Below the pieces are notes generated by a model, which was given only the letters and a program-made list of their open reading frames with translations, was not told where the DNA came from and did not search any database. A DNA stretch of 56,708 nt, filler included, from Sphacelaria rigidula (lineage: Eukaryota), in assembly GCA_964200075.2 (NCBI GenBank). It is 7 parts of 7 records of this genome, joined end to end, with 100 filler letters (N's around TTAATTAATTAA, not from the genome) between each part and the next. Parts side by side here need not be neighbours in the genome. Positions count along the whole stretch, not along the records: positions 8,117 to 16,132 come from CAXNAA020012633.1; positions 16,233 to 24,248 come from CAXNAA020012634.1; 5 more parts are not named here. One strand, 5' to 3'. Made by a program: the position numbers and the translations under genes. Below are positions 11,870 through 23,390 of the stretch, in pieces (positions within the stretch are counted from its first letter, which is position 1; each line of letters starts with the position of its first letter).

Positions 11870-13300
11870 AAAAGTGGGATGAGGAAGTGAAAGAGGCTAT
11901 CAGAGCAAGGAGAGAGGCGCACGCGAGGTGGATGTCGAACAAAAGTACGGTAGGATAAGAGGAGTATACCAAAGTTCGGAAGAAAGTACAAAATATGGTA
12001 CAGCAGAAGAATAAGGAAGGTTGGGAAGGTGTAGTGAATAAAAACAAATGGAGATTTCGACGGCGGGATGAAAAAAATATGGGCAGGGATGAAGGGGAAA
12101 ACGAGAAACCAGGCAGGAAAGATGGACAAGGGGATAGCTACACTCCGGGCACATAACGGTAAAATGGTCAGTAGTTCGAGGGGAAAGAGGGAAGGGCTAG
12201 TCGAGCACTACCGTAAACTAGGAACACCAGCAACAAGCACGGAGTTCGACAAGGAATTCGAAAAAGAAATCAATGCGTGGGGAAGGGCAACGGCAAATGC
12301 AAAGATGTCGAAACAACCAATCCACGCGTGGGCGAAGACAAATATAGAGACGTCGGAACGAGAGGATAGCGGCTCGGCAGAATTGCAGAGAGAGTTTACT
12401 AGAGATGAAGTAAAGGAGTGCGTACCTGAATTCAAGAACAGAAAGGCAGCCGGGGCAGACGGAATAGTGAATGCATGTCTCAAGTACCGGGGAGAAGGAA
12501 TGATTACCATGATGGCCATGCTGTACAACTGGATCTGGAAAAACGAGTACACACCCAAGAGGTGAAGAGAAAGACTAGTCGTCAATCTTTTCTAAAAAGG
12601 AGACGAGGCTGACCCAGGGAACTATTGAGGTATATAGCTATTGAGCACGGTAGGAAAAACGTTCTGTAAGTCGATAGAGTAGGAACGATGCTAGAAAAGA
12701 GAAAGACAAAATCCGCGAGGCACAAGCAGGATTTAGAGTAAACCGTAGTTGCGTAGATCATGTGTACACACTGGCTGAAATTATTCAGGGTAGGACAGAC
12801 GCCGGGTGGACAACGTACTGTTTCTTTCTGGACGTGCAAAAGGCTTATGACACAGTATNNNNNNNATGGAGAAATGGGTTGTGGAAAAGGTTGTGGAAAG
12901 CTGGGATTGAAGGAAAGATGTGGAAAATAGTGAAGAAGATGGCAGAATGTGCCAAACGTGCCATGATGCTAGACGGGGAAATATCGAAATAATTTGATAT
13001 CTAACAAGGAGTTGCGCAAGGATGTACATTATCACCCACTTTGTTTAAGGTATTTATCAATGACTTGATAATAAAAATAGAAGCAGCAAAGCAAGGGGGC
13101 AAGATGGGTGAAGATATGGTATCAGGATTGATGTTCACGAATGATTTTGTGGATATTTCATGAACACCAGAAGGGTTGCAGACACAGATAGGCAAGGCGC
13201 TAGAATACACTAGGAAGTGGAAAGTGACAGCGAACGTCAACAAATGCGCGGCACTCGTCTGTAACGAAGATGAGAAGGAGTGAAGATGGATATCTCGAGG
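11870..13300 (+). mobile_element. Degenerate non-LTR retrotransposon (LINE) reverse transcriptase fragment
   Basis: Motifs include KNRKAAGADGI, FFLDVQKAYDTV(W)RNGLW, QGVAQGCTLSPTLFKVFINDL and MFTNDFV (degenerate FADD). Multiple stops and frameshifts. Confidence 0.93.
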
Positions 13301-14498
13301 ATTTAAAAAATTGTGCATGTGTACTTGATGATACGCACGCCGTACCGCAAGATAGGCGCAAAATAAACCTCACATGAGAAGCTTGGTTTTGCACTTTGTC
13401 GCAAAGTTAGATGATTGTCTGAACCGATACTCGGTGCGGACTGTATTGCTTGCACAATTGGGAGGCACAAGACGTGGCAGTCTATGTTTCCTATTCCCCA
13501 AGTGCGGATATGATTCTAATTTCGCGAGAGCTTGATTTTGAATCTTGGTACGCTGATCGGAATCTTTTAGCGCAAGAATTTGAATGAGATCCGGACAGTG
13601 GAGTCCGGTGTGACTTTACGAAAGAAGGGGCGCACCTATGATACTGGTATATAATGTCCGTGGGGGCAGGTGCGATTTTTTTCCGAAAGCACCTGTTTGG
13701 TGACATGTGTAGTTTGAAGAGATGTCTCTGCTCACATGATGAAATGTTCTTGTCTGGACTGGTTTCCTGTCAGCCTACTACTGAAATGCTAGTCTAAGGG
13801 GTGTATTCGACTGAACAGGTTTTTTAGTATCGTCTACGGTACTGATCAAGACATGATACGGGTGCAATATTTCTGTTCTCTAGTACGTCCAACATTTCGA
13901 GAGTCGGAGTAGGGTTTTCATGTGCACGTCAATTACCCATACATGCAGGCGTCCTGCGTTTTGTTCGAAAGCCACAGTGATCACCTGGAAGAAATACATG
14001 AGAACCGTGCGATCGTAACCTTCGATAGTTCGCAGGGTATACCAACAAGAGTAAACTGACGATGCTGTTACCTCGAGGTCGGTTTTGGTGCCATGTGTGA
14101 CGCTCGGACTGCTCCGTACGGCGCCTCAGCAGGCGCTCGGACTGTATCATAGTACCGTTGAAATTTAGAGGTCGAATCATATGCCCATTCCAACTCCGCT
14201 GATCTCTATCCACGTCTAAGATTGTTTGCTTCCGGCTGTCAGGTTCCCACCTTGCATCCCTTCTCCCGTTAGGGACACTAAGAGTAAGTCGCATATTCGT
14301 GCGTGTTAAACGCAACCCTCAGATTTACAACCACCCCCCTGGTTTGCAGAAGCTGATTCAAGTGATTTTGATCACAGTCATCTAGACATTTCTTCTGACT
14401 GTACATGGTGTTTTCTTCTCGCTGTCGACGTACCTCAGCACAACGCTATCAACATTTACTTCGCCGACAGCACAATGATCTGTACTGCATTGAACTTT

Positions 14499-14548
14499 AC
14501 TGTACTGTATTGTACTGTACTGTATTGTACTGTACTATACTGTACTGT
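14499..14548. repeat. (TACTG)n microsatellite
   Basis: Imperfect pentanucleotide run TACTG/TATTG. Confidence 0.9.
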
Positions 14549-15331
14549 TAGACTTGCTAATCGGGGCAAAACATATATCATAGGAAATGCTTAAATGCTT
14601 GCAAGGAGTGTCCAGGATCTTCCTGATCAAAAATCTCACAGGCCAATGAGATGGGAATAATCCGCCCAGTCGATCGGCGAAGAAGCAAATGAGCCGCCCG
14701 GTCGATTGAGAAAAGAAGCGCAGAAAGCTATATCTGCATCCATGACACGCGCACCTCCCTCCTGCATTGCATCGCCGATACGGTCTGTTCATCACTCATC
14801 TTCACGTCAATCCTGTGATAATGCAACACAGATGACCCACCCTGGGGGTGCACGTCTGTATAGATCGAGACAAAGTCGATCGAAAACGCACAATAAAGTA
14901 CAGCAGTGCAATGCTTTATATTACAGTACAGTGTTGTCTTCTCTCTCCCACCCGTTGCGTTCGTTCCGTTCGTCTATGGGTATCACCAAGGATCAGACTA
15001 CACGAAACTCTCCGACACCGCACCCTTCCTGCCTCCAGTGGAAAGAACGTCCTTGGGCTGCGGTGGGCATTCATTTTTGAAGTAAATAGTTCGCCCATAA
15101 CGACACACGTGTGAACTGATAGCACCCTGTAGGACGTGCTGCACAGGGTTCTTCGCAGTCGTTGTGAAAACCCCTGTACAGCACTTGCAAAGCCTAGTAC
15201 CTCTACCAGCATTTTGTGTAGCGTTTTTCTCGAGACCCTGTAACCAACCCTGTGGAGAGGCATTCCCAGTTTGAAAATCCCAAACTATTTTGTCACAAAT
15301 TTTATACATTTATCCATTTAGAGAAGCTGTT

Positions 15332-15620
15332 CGAAATAATTCCTCTTTTTGCCCGATTTCCGATTGGGCAATCGGGCAAGAAGAGGAATTATTTCGGACA
15401 GCACAAGAAGATATTCGGAATAGTTTTTTTTGCCCAGTTTAATTGGGCAAAAAAAGGATCTATTTTGAAGAGCTTCATCTGCTACACAAGTCCCATACAC
15501 ATGTACGGGATTTGTGGAGCAGATGAAGCTCTTCAAAATCAATCATTGTTTTGCCCAATTAATAATTCGGCAAAAAAAGGATTTATGTTGAACACCCTTA
15601 ACTGCTCCACAAATCAGATA
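15332..15620. repeat. Cluster of consecutive hairpins
   Basis: Stems: CGAAATAATTCCTCTT.TTGCCCGATT/AATCGGGCAAGAAGAGGAATTATTTCG; TTTTTTGCCCA/TGGGCAAAAAA; ATTTTGAAGAGCTTCATCTGCT/AGCAGATGAAGCTCTTCAAAAT. Confidence 0.85.
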
Positions 15621-16024
15621 CGCACTGGGAGATTTGGAACATATACAACAGAAGAAGCTCGGAATAAATCCTCACTTTGGCCGCTGATGCATTCTGAAAT
15701 TGGGCAAAAAGAGAACGTATTGCAAGCAGCCTCGACTGCAAAGTTCCGCACACTGCACCATAATCTGCGGATGGGATCCGAGATGCAGCAATTGAAGATA
15801 ATTCATCCTCTTGCCCCCCAATTGATATATCAATTGAACTAAAGGATAGAATTCTCAACAGCTTTCGCTGATTTATGACTCTCAAACACTGCTTACGAGT
15901 GTATGTCCACACGCCTGAGCTTAGATACGATGCTTCGGCTTTAGGCGTGGATGTTGGAAAGAAGGTGTATACCTCGCATATCTATGCACATACTTGATAA
16001 AAACCCCGTGGTCCAATGTCCACG

Positions 16025-16130
16025 AAGAGTGATGCTACGGTAGGGGTGCAGAAATATTTTCTGAGGTTAGAATTGTCAGGAGCCCTTTTTCTCATGCAAA
16101 ACACGACCTATAGAAATATGTGAAAGTACT
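16025..16130 (+). repeat. Dispersed repeat, inverted copy at ~23485-23580, partial copy at ~31918-31944
   Basis: GTGATGCTACGGTAGGGGTGCA.AAATATTTT...GAAATATGTGA is shared between contigs 2, 3 and (partly) 4. Confidence 0.65.
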
Positions 16131-16232
16131 CCNNNNNNNNNNNNNNNNNNNNNNNNNNNNNNNNNNNNNNNNNNNNTTAATTAATTAANNNNNNNNNNNN
16201 NNNNNNNNNNNNNNNNNNNNNNNNNNNNNNNN

Positions 16233-16847
16233 GCGGAAGAGCCTAGCTTGACCCTGACACCAGCCCCGAGATCGCAAAAGTACAACAGTGTTCCACAACC
16301 CACTGGATCACAAGAGACCGACGTGCTGTAAGTTGTGAGTCCACATATTGTGTCGATGCCTTACCCTAACCCCAACCCCAAGCATACCGAGAATCCTCGG
16401 GCAAGGGCGGTACATAGCACTCTCTTGGCAAAATGCGGCCTTGGTAGACCCCAAATCGGCGCCTATGGCGTCGGTTTTAACGAAAATGCGTTTTGCGCAT
16501 GCGAGGAGCACACGGGACTGTCAGCCCTACTAAAGATCCGATTCTCGGTGTTCACACTCATATCAAGTAATACCAACCATGAACATTTGTAGCTCAACGG
16601 TTAACCTTTAGATGACGAGAAAGGGTCATCTGTTGAATCGGCATCAACTTCACTTGAAAAAAGTATGCATGATCCAGATGAACTACCCTCGCGGTCTAAG
16701 GGTCAACACACCCATCACGTCTATCGACACAATATGTGGACTCACAACTTACAGCACGTCGGTCTCTTGTGATCCAGTGGGTTGTGGAACACTGTTGTAC
16801 TTTTGCGATCTCGGGGCTGGTGTCAGGGTCAAGCTAGGCTCTTCCGC
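16233..16847. repeat. Perfect 125-bp inverted repeat (16233-16357 / 16723-16847) with 365-bp spacer
   Basis: The arms are exact reverse complements as read base by base. The left arm starts at the first base of the contig. Confidence 0.93.
16601..16706. mobile_element. TTAA-flanked piggyBac-like MITE copy
   Basis: TTAA-CCTTTAGA...CTACCCTCGCGGTCTAAGGG-TCAA; the internal GAATCGGCATCAA...AAAAAAGTATGCATGATCCAG is shared with 47018-47123. Confidence 0.8.
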
Positions 16848-17731
16848 CACCAACGGGCGATTTTCGCATCATCGATGGTTGGTTCAAGCAACGGATACAG
16901 TACTGGTCGTCACGCAAAGAGAGCTAGAGACGCAACAGTAATAACGGAGAGACTTGAGAACCATTTCCGGGGAGAAGGGGGCGTGGTCGTTGTGCCGTCC
17001 GTGAACGGCAAATGAGCGAAAAAAGAGCCGAAGGTGTGGGCGCCATGGTTGGAGTTGACGCGCAGACTCCCTTGCCCGCGATGTGCCGCATCAGGTACAG
17101 TTTAGAGAGCGATGACCTAGCACAGGTACGTTCTCGGCCGATCAGTGGCCCAGATAAGGTACGTTTGAAAAAGGATTCCTAGATCAGGTATACCTGGGCG
17201 AAATTTGGCCTACAAAAGGTAAGCGGCTCCTGAAGGCGAGACGTCCGTTTTCACGGGGCCATATCTCTCGATTAACATGTTTTTTTCTCGTATTTTTTCG
17301 AGACCGGGGTGCCAATGGCCCCCCCGAATGATCTGCGTGAAAACTTCGTAGCAAAAACGGTTAAAATGGCGTGTTTGGCTGTTTTCGCGTTTCTTGCCAT
17401 TTTTCGTACCTTTCTTGGGCAAAAACGAGAAGGTATACCTTTTTTAGTCCATTGTTCTTTATTTTGTTACTGCGTAGTATCGAGTTTTTTCCCCTCCCGC
17501 TTTACCGTGCTTTGTGAAAAAAACAATTTATTTCGGGTCCATTTCTGGGCGCGTGCACATCGCGATGTCCGGGGGATATGTGGTTTCGGGAACGACTACA
17601 CATCGTGGTTTTGATACCCCTGTCTGAGCGCTGATTCCAACCACCACCCCTCCTCCGTATCTCCAACTGACTTTCTCATGCCCGTTGCCGCCGGCCGTCT
17701 CTGACGTGTCCACTGTTGATTTCCGTCGCAG

Positions 17732-18418
17732 CGTTCGACGTTCAATCAGATGAACGAGCTGTTCCTCATCACGAAGCCCGGCCAGCAGATCGTATACCCT
17801 TTGTGGGGAAAGTACAGGGTATACAACACGCCTAGAGAGGCTTTAGATACGATACCTCAAGAAGTCCTCGATCAGCGACGTATTCGCCTTGTATTGGTCG
17901 CATCCGATAGACAACTACGGCGCCTCGTGGAGCCCGGCAGGGAAGCCTGCCAGCCGGAAGCACCCCTGTATATGGAGGTGTCACGCACCTGCCCATTCTA
18001 CCATTTGGAATAGGAAACGGGCGGGAAGGGGGATGTGATGGGGATAAGGTCGAAAATACCACACAACGGCCTCAGAAACACGTACATTACCGCTGCGATA
18101 GGCAGTGCAGATGGTACGCAGCACACTGTAATAGCCAGTGTGCAAGAGAGTCGAGAGAGGAATGGGGGGCTCAGCGCGATGCAGCTTATCGCGGTCACTC
18201 CCGGGGATTTGGTCGTAGATGGGCCGGGATTTGAGCAAAGGTGGCTGAGGGTCAGACGCGACACAGGTCGAGAGGAGTTGGAAGACGAGATAGCCCCCGA
18301 TGATGGCCATGACGACTGTGATACTGGAAGTGATGGCGATGGTGATGATGGTGATGATTGCAATAGCAATAGTGATGACGCTGGAGTCTCGAGTTGCAGT
18401 GGCGCAGTTGGAGAGTGA
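17732..18418 (+). pseudogene. Exon-like reading frame with one in-frame TAG and acidic C-terminal tail (unknown protein)
   Basis: ORFs 17750-18013 and 18035-18418 are in the same frame, separated only by TAG 18011-18013. An in-phase acceptor TTGATTTCCGTCGCAG| ends at 17731. Confidence 0.4.
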
Positions 18419-18799
18419 AAACAATAGGTTCACATACAGGTCGGGGTGTGGACGCGAACGTACAGTTCAGGGCGGGGTCGAGATGCTGTCATGTAGCATG
18501 GATGGGATGTTGCGATGTGGTCTATGACGGAATCATACGAAGCGATTTTGGGGTGGATGCAAACGATTTTATTTTCGACTGAGACATTGCCGCATCATAT
18601 ATGCTCAAACCGGATTGGAAAGCTCGACGGGTAGTTGCAGTACGGTGGATTCGTGCAATATATTATTCAAGTTGTGTGCATCGACCGTCAAAGAAGGAGA
18701 TAAAATATGCTTTTTTATGTGCCCTTCTTCAGGAAAGTGGACGCCCAATCATCCCCTCGGCACATCACTGCGTTGGTAGTGATATCCCTCCAGCACGTC

Positions 18800-21700
18800 A
18801 CTGACGAGCAACTTGACGCCAGAGATTTTTTTCTGGACACAGACCTCGAGACAAACAATAGTGAGAACATCGTCGACAATCAAACAAACGCATTCGCACG
18901 GACAAATCGTTGTTATGGTCCGTCGCCCGCAGCTAACCAGGGATGGGCGGCACGTACAACGACGGACGCACTTGCTACTCCTCCCAAAAATTGCACATCA
19001 GCGCTGTCATGCGGTACTCCTGGGGGCTTTTTGTCATTCAACGGCTAGGCTCTTCGAACCTCATTTTCATGACGAACCTCATTTTATAGGATTCCCTGTT
19101 ACGTGGTACGGCGTACTATCGCAACGACGACGATACGCTATTTTAAGCGCCCATTGCACCGCCGGCAACACGTCCACCCACTCGGAAACCGCTCTAAGCT
19201 GCCCGAGAAGAATAGAGCGAAGAGGACGAACTACTTCCTTGACCAGGCGTTCGCACGTACCGTTAGACCACGGAGTACGCTACCGCAAACTTGTGATCAA
19301 CGCGTAAATGCTTCTCGCAAGCGGGCCGTGGCGGTATCACTCCCCCACACACGCAGCACCCTTAAAGTTTTGCACCAATTCAGCAAAGATGCATCGGTCG
19401 ATTCAGCAGTACACACTGCTACTGGTTCCAGAGCCACAAAGTTGCTCAAATCATCCATGATAACCAAAATATATCGAAACCCAGCATCCTCCGACAAACC
19501 TTGGGAAGCTAGCGGGCTACTCTCGCCCACGTACAAGAAGTCAAAATGAACGACTCCATTCCGCGTGGTCCCATGAAACATTTCGCCAAGCAGGCGGGGA
19601 ACAACATCGCCCGCCCTCGAGTCAGCACGGTGAAGACGCTGGCGGACAAATTCGCGTACATGAGTTTCTATCCCCTGCCAGACACAAAACTCTTGCAAGC
19701 GCACGGGCGTCGCAGCCACACCACGATGCCCTGCGTCGCGCATGTGCGCGAAATCATCAGACGTACCTGCAACTGCTTGTCAGAACTCGGAATCCACGAA
19801 ACGTTTCGGCCGCGCACATGCACACGAAACAGACCTTCGTGTCCAAGATAGCAGTACCAACGTCCGGCTCGAAAGATTGCACATCCGCATCTGCGGCCCC
19901 AAGGTCTTTTCGCTGTGCTTGGCGGACAATAGATTTAGACGGCATCGAGTTATCAGGTTCACACGGACCGTACACAGCCACAGCGCGCACAGGCATTTCA
20001 ATTTCAATTGTGGGCACCTGCATGACCAAACTACCCCAACGGCACTCAGATGCATCCGGAAACATGAACACCTGACAATCAGGACGAGGATGGGACAGCG
20101 TCACGGCATGAGCAACAAGATCCTTCGCTGCCGTTCACGCCCGCAGCCTGCCCTCCGTCCACGATGCAGCCTTCTTCGGAAACGCCATATCACGACTGGA
20201 CCACCCCGCCTGCAAATTCCGTAACACCAGCCCGAGCGCCAAAATAGCCGCCATGCACGACGCCAACCAACCCGACTTTACTGGATCGTACCGCCGCGGC
20301 TTCGTCTTCACCGCGGACGCCCCAGGTGTTGGCTGAACACGCATGGGCTCTACGCGCGCAGAGGGATCACCCCGCAGCGCACGACGAAACGCGTTGACGC
20401 GGCGATGCAAAATGCTGCGCAGGCGTTCCGCTTTGGGAACGCTGAGGCCTGTCGCCACAGCATCCGTCACGCTCTCCTCCAGCGCGACCTTCCGAGCGGA
20501 CTCCTCTTGCGCCGGGCCCATGAACGTACCCGGGTCGTGCTCTACTAAGCGTTCCACCGCCGCAACCCGCCCCTCGGTCACCTGCCCACTAGCCTCCTGC
20601 AAAGCATCCACCGACAAGCTCACGCGATGACTGCCCAAAAAGGCGGGTGTCTTCACATGCGGACCAGGCGGAGACATGTGCGTCTTGATGGAGTCCTTCA
20701 ACCGCTCATACGGGTCGACTCCTGGATCCTGTAGCGTCGGCAGCCCCAGAAGAACAACGCCATCCGACCCTGGCATAACCGCAAACGAGATCGGAGGCAA
20801 CGGCGCCAGCCCTCAAGAAGTCTTGAAGGCTAGCTGCAACGGAACAGTACGCTCCGTGACTGAAACATGCTGACCCGACGCGGTGACGGCCTGCCGCGCC
20901 CCGAGCGAAAACAGGATGCGGAGCGGCACACGCGGGAGTTGACGCTCCAGCATCTCAACCATCTGCACCGGCAGACTAGTAAAATGTGCGCCAGAATCCA
21001 ACACAGACCAAACCACAATGGCTCCACGCTGCCGTTGATTCGGAAGACATAACTCCGCCGGAATGTATCTGTCGGCAAGCTCCATGGGAACTTCCGCTGA
21101 CCTATACGCCGCTAATCCCACTTGACGCCACGGCTGCGCAAGCTGCGCAGGCGAAGATGCCCCGGCAGGTTCAAAAGGCACCGCCGGCGGGTACACCCCC
21201 CAGCCAGCACACCAAGAATTCGGCGACCTTCCGACCAGCGCGTCAACAGGCATCGCGCCTGGCGGTACTGCTGTGTCGTCGCCGGCGCCACCACCGGCGC
21301 CGACGCAGTGTTCGACTCTGTAGAAGTCGGGCCCACCTGCACCGCCCGCTGCGGAGCAACAGCACCTACGGCGGCGCCGGACCCAGAGCCAGGCCCATTC
21401 TGACGCCGCTGCTCCTGCTGGTGCTGATTCTGCGGCTGCTGCGGCTGCTGCTGAGGGCTCGCCTGCGACCCTCCATCGCCGGAGGATCCGCCGCCGCCAC
21501 CACGATTACCTCGTATTTTGCCCTTGCGCTGACGATGCTGATGGCGCGCGGCACAAGACTGCCCAGACTCTCCACCTGAAGACGTTAGGAAATCGCGCGC
21601 GTAATAGCCGAACTGGCCACAGCGGTGACAAGTAATACTCGCGGCGCGACCGGCCGATTTCGAGCCATGGTTGCGCAAATGCTTCGGCGAATAGGTGGAC

Positions 21701-22277
21701 GACTGGCCGAACACCTCTATTTTCCGCCACCCCTTGGCCTCGGCCACGACGGTGCTCATCACCAGGTACGCGTCGTCCTTCCAGTCTGTTTGGTGCTGCA
21801 GCTTGACAAGCACAGCTTGCTTGAAATTTTCCGGTGCCAACCCCTCCGCCAAAGCCTTAGTGATTACTGCTGCCGGGCCGGGAATGAACTCACCATCGGG
21901 GGAACGATATACTAGCTTTACGTTTGGATTTTCCGTGAAGTATTTCTCCAAAATAGCCAAGATGGGCTCCACACGCTCCAACATCGTTTTCCCCCGAGAA
22001 TCCATGGCAACAGCTTTCGCCACGGCCGCGGACGCTTGGGTCAGATCTACCTCAACGCCCGCCGCATGCCCAGCATGCTTTTTTATCGCCGCAACCAATT
22101 GCGGCGAGGTGATGGTGCTATCAATATATTCCAAACGAGCGGACAATCTCTGTACATGAACCGGCAATCGTTGAGCCATTGTCGCCACCTGATGCCGCAC
22201 GGCACCTCCTGCATTTGCGTGCTCCACATGCTTCTTGTGTTCCAAATACCTCGAGTAAAAAGTGCGAGATGCACTCT
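18800..22277 (-). mobile_element. Degenerate Ty3/gypsy LTR retrotransposon internal region (gag-PR-partial RT-partial RNase H-integrase)
   Basis: Gag-like ORF 21112-22245 has an eroded knuckle CHRCGQFGYYARDF; protease VLDSGAHFTSL; RT start KPRRYDP...WSS; RNase H FPDAS; integrase AGHRG...HFDFLYV...LVIMDDLSNFV...SDTAT. The PR-RT-RH-IN order is gypsy-type. Confidence 0.92.
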
Positions 22278-22281
22278 TTAA

Positions 22282-23390
22282 GTACCTGTCCCTGCTGTTG
22301 AGGGACTCCCCAGTCTCACTCGCCTCAGTTTCAGTCGTCAGTCTTCACAACATTCTCATTATTCAGGAGTGTCCTTCCAGGGCACCAGCTTTCTAGACCT
22401 GCAGATACCACCTCCGTGTCCCTGGTCATTATCCAGAACCCTCCAGAATTTCCGTGCCCCTAGTCATCATCCATTTTATCACTACCAACTCAACGTACGG
22501 CGTACTTTTGTCACAGGTCATTCAGATATGTTTTGATCCCGATCCCCTCTCTCAACCCCCCGTATATCTCCAGGTGTTCTTCCTCGTCTACCTTGCGTCT
22601 GAGCGCTTCGTTTCCCTTATTTCTATCATGCCTCTAACTTTTGTCTGGTACGCCGCGCCTTCACCTATGAACAGTATTTCGTCTTGGTTTCCTCCTATCT
22701 CCTTTCATACTTTCTCGATTTCTCTATCCCACCTTATTCCAGCCTGCCCTCTCGTATTTTTCTGCCATACAGCCTTACCAACTATATATAGCTGGCAATC
22801 TCTTCCTCTGCATGTTCTTTACGCTATATTTTCACCTCAATCCTTATGTCTCTGATCGTTTGAAGTAAGTGCATTCCCAACTTTGCTCTCAATGCTATAT
22901 TACTCGTCGTTTTGGTGCATCCAAGCATCTTCTTAGCTGCCGCCATCTGTACTGTTTCCAAGTTTTTCACCAACTCCACGTTCCCCTCCCATACTTCTCC
23001 TACATATTCCACTTTTGATACGATCACGTTCACCAGAGTACATATATCGATTCTTATGTCTAGGTGCGAGTCTCTGAGGACCACGTCCATCCCTCCTATC
23101 TGCACCTTACGCTTTTCTATTACTTTATTCATGCCTGCGTCCCAAGAGCAGTGTTTTGATATCTCTACGCCAAGGTATGTATACTGGCCTACGATCGGCA
23201 GTTCCTCTCCTCCCCACTTCCATTTCAACTCCACCGGGGTTTTCTCATCTTTGTTACAGGCGAGTACCGCGCATTTATAAACACTCGCTGACATTCTCCA
23301 TTTCCTAGTGTATTCTAGCGCATTTTCTATTCGTTTTTGCAATCCTTCTGGTGTTCCTGAAATCCCCACAAAACCATCTGTGAATATCAA
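22282..23390 (-). mobile_element. LINE fragment (RT C-terminal part), same family as 11870-13300
   Basis: IFTDGFVGISGTPEGLQ..IENALEYTRKW...KCAVLACNKDEK matches the contig-2 copy. It continues into YTYLGVEI, typical of non-LTR RTs. Confidence 0.9.

Noticed and set aside
12859..12865. 7-N gap inside LINE RT
   Set aside because: The flanks (…ACAGTAT / ATGGAGA…) overlap to give the expected DTVWRN, so it is a scaffolding artefact.
15252..15842. 196-aa ORF (and similar ORFs at 5990-6280, 52297-52884)
   Set aside because: They lie in palindromic repeats, give mirror translations on both strands and have no recognisable domains.
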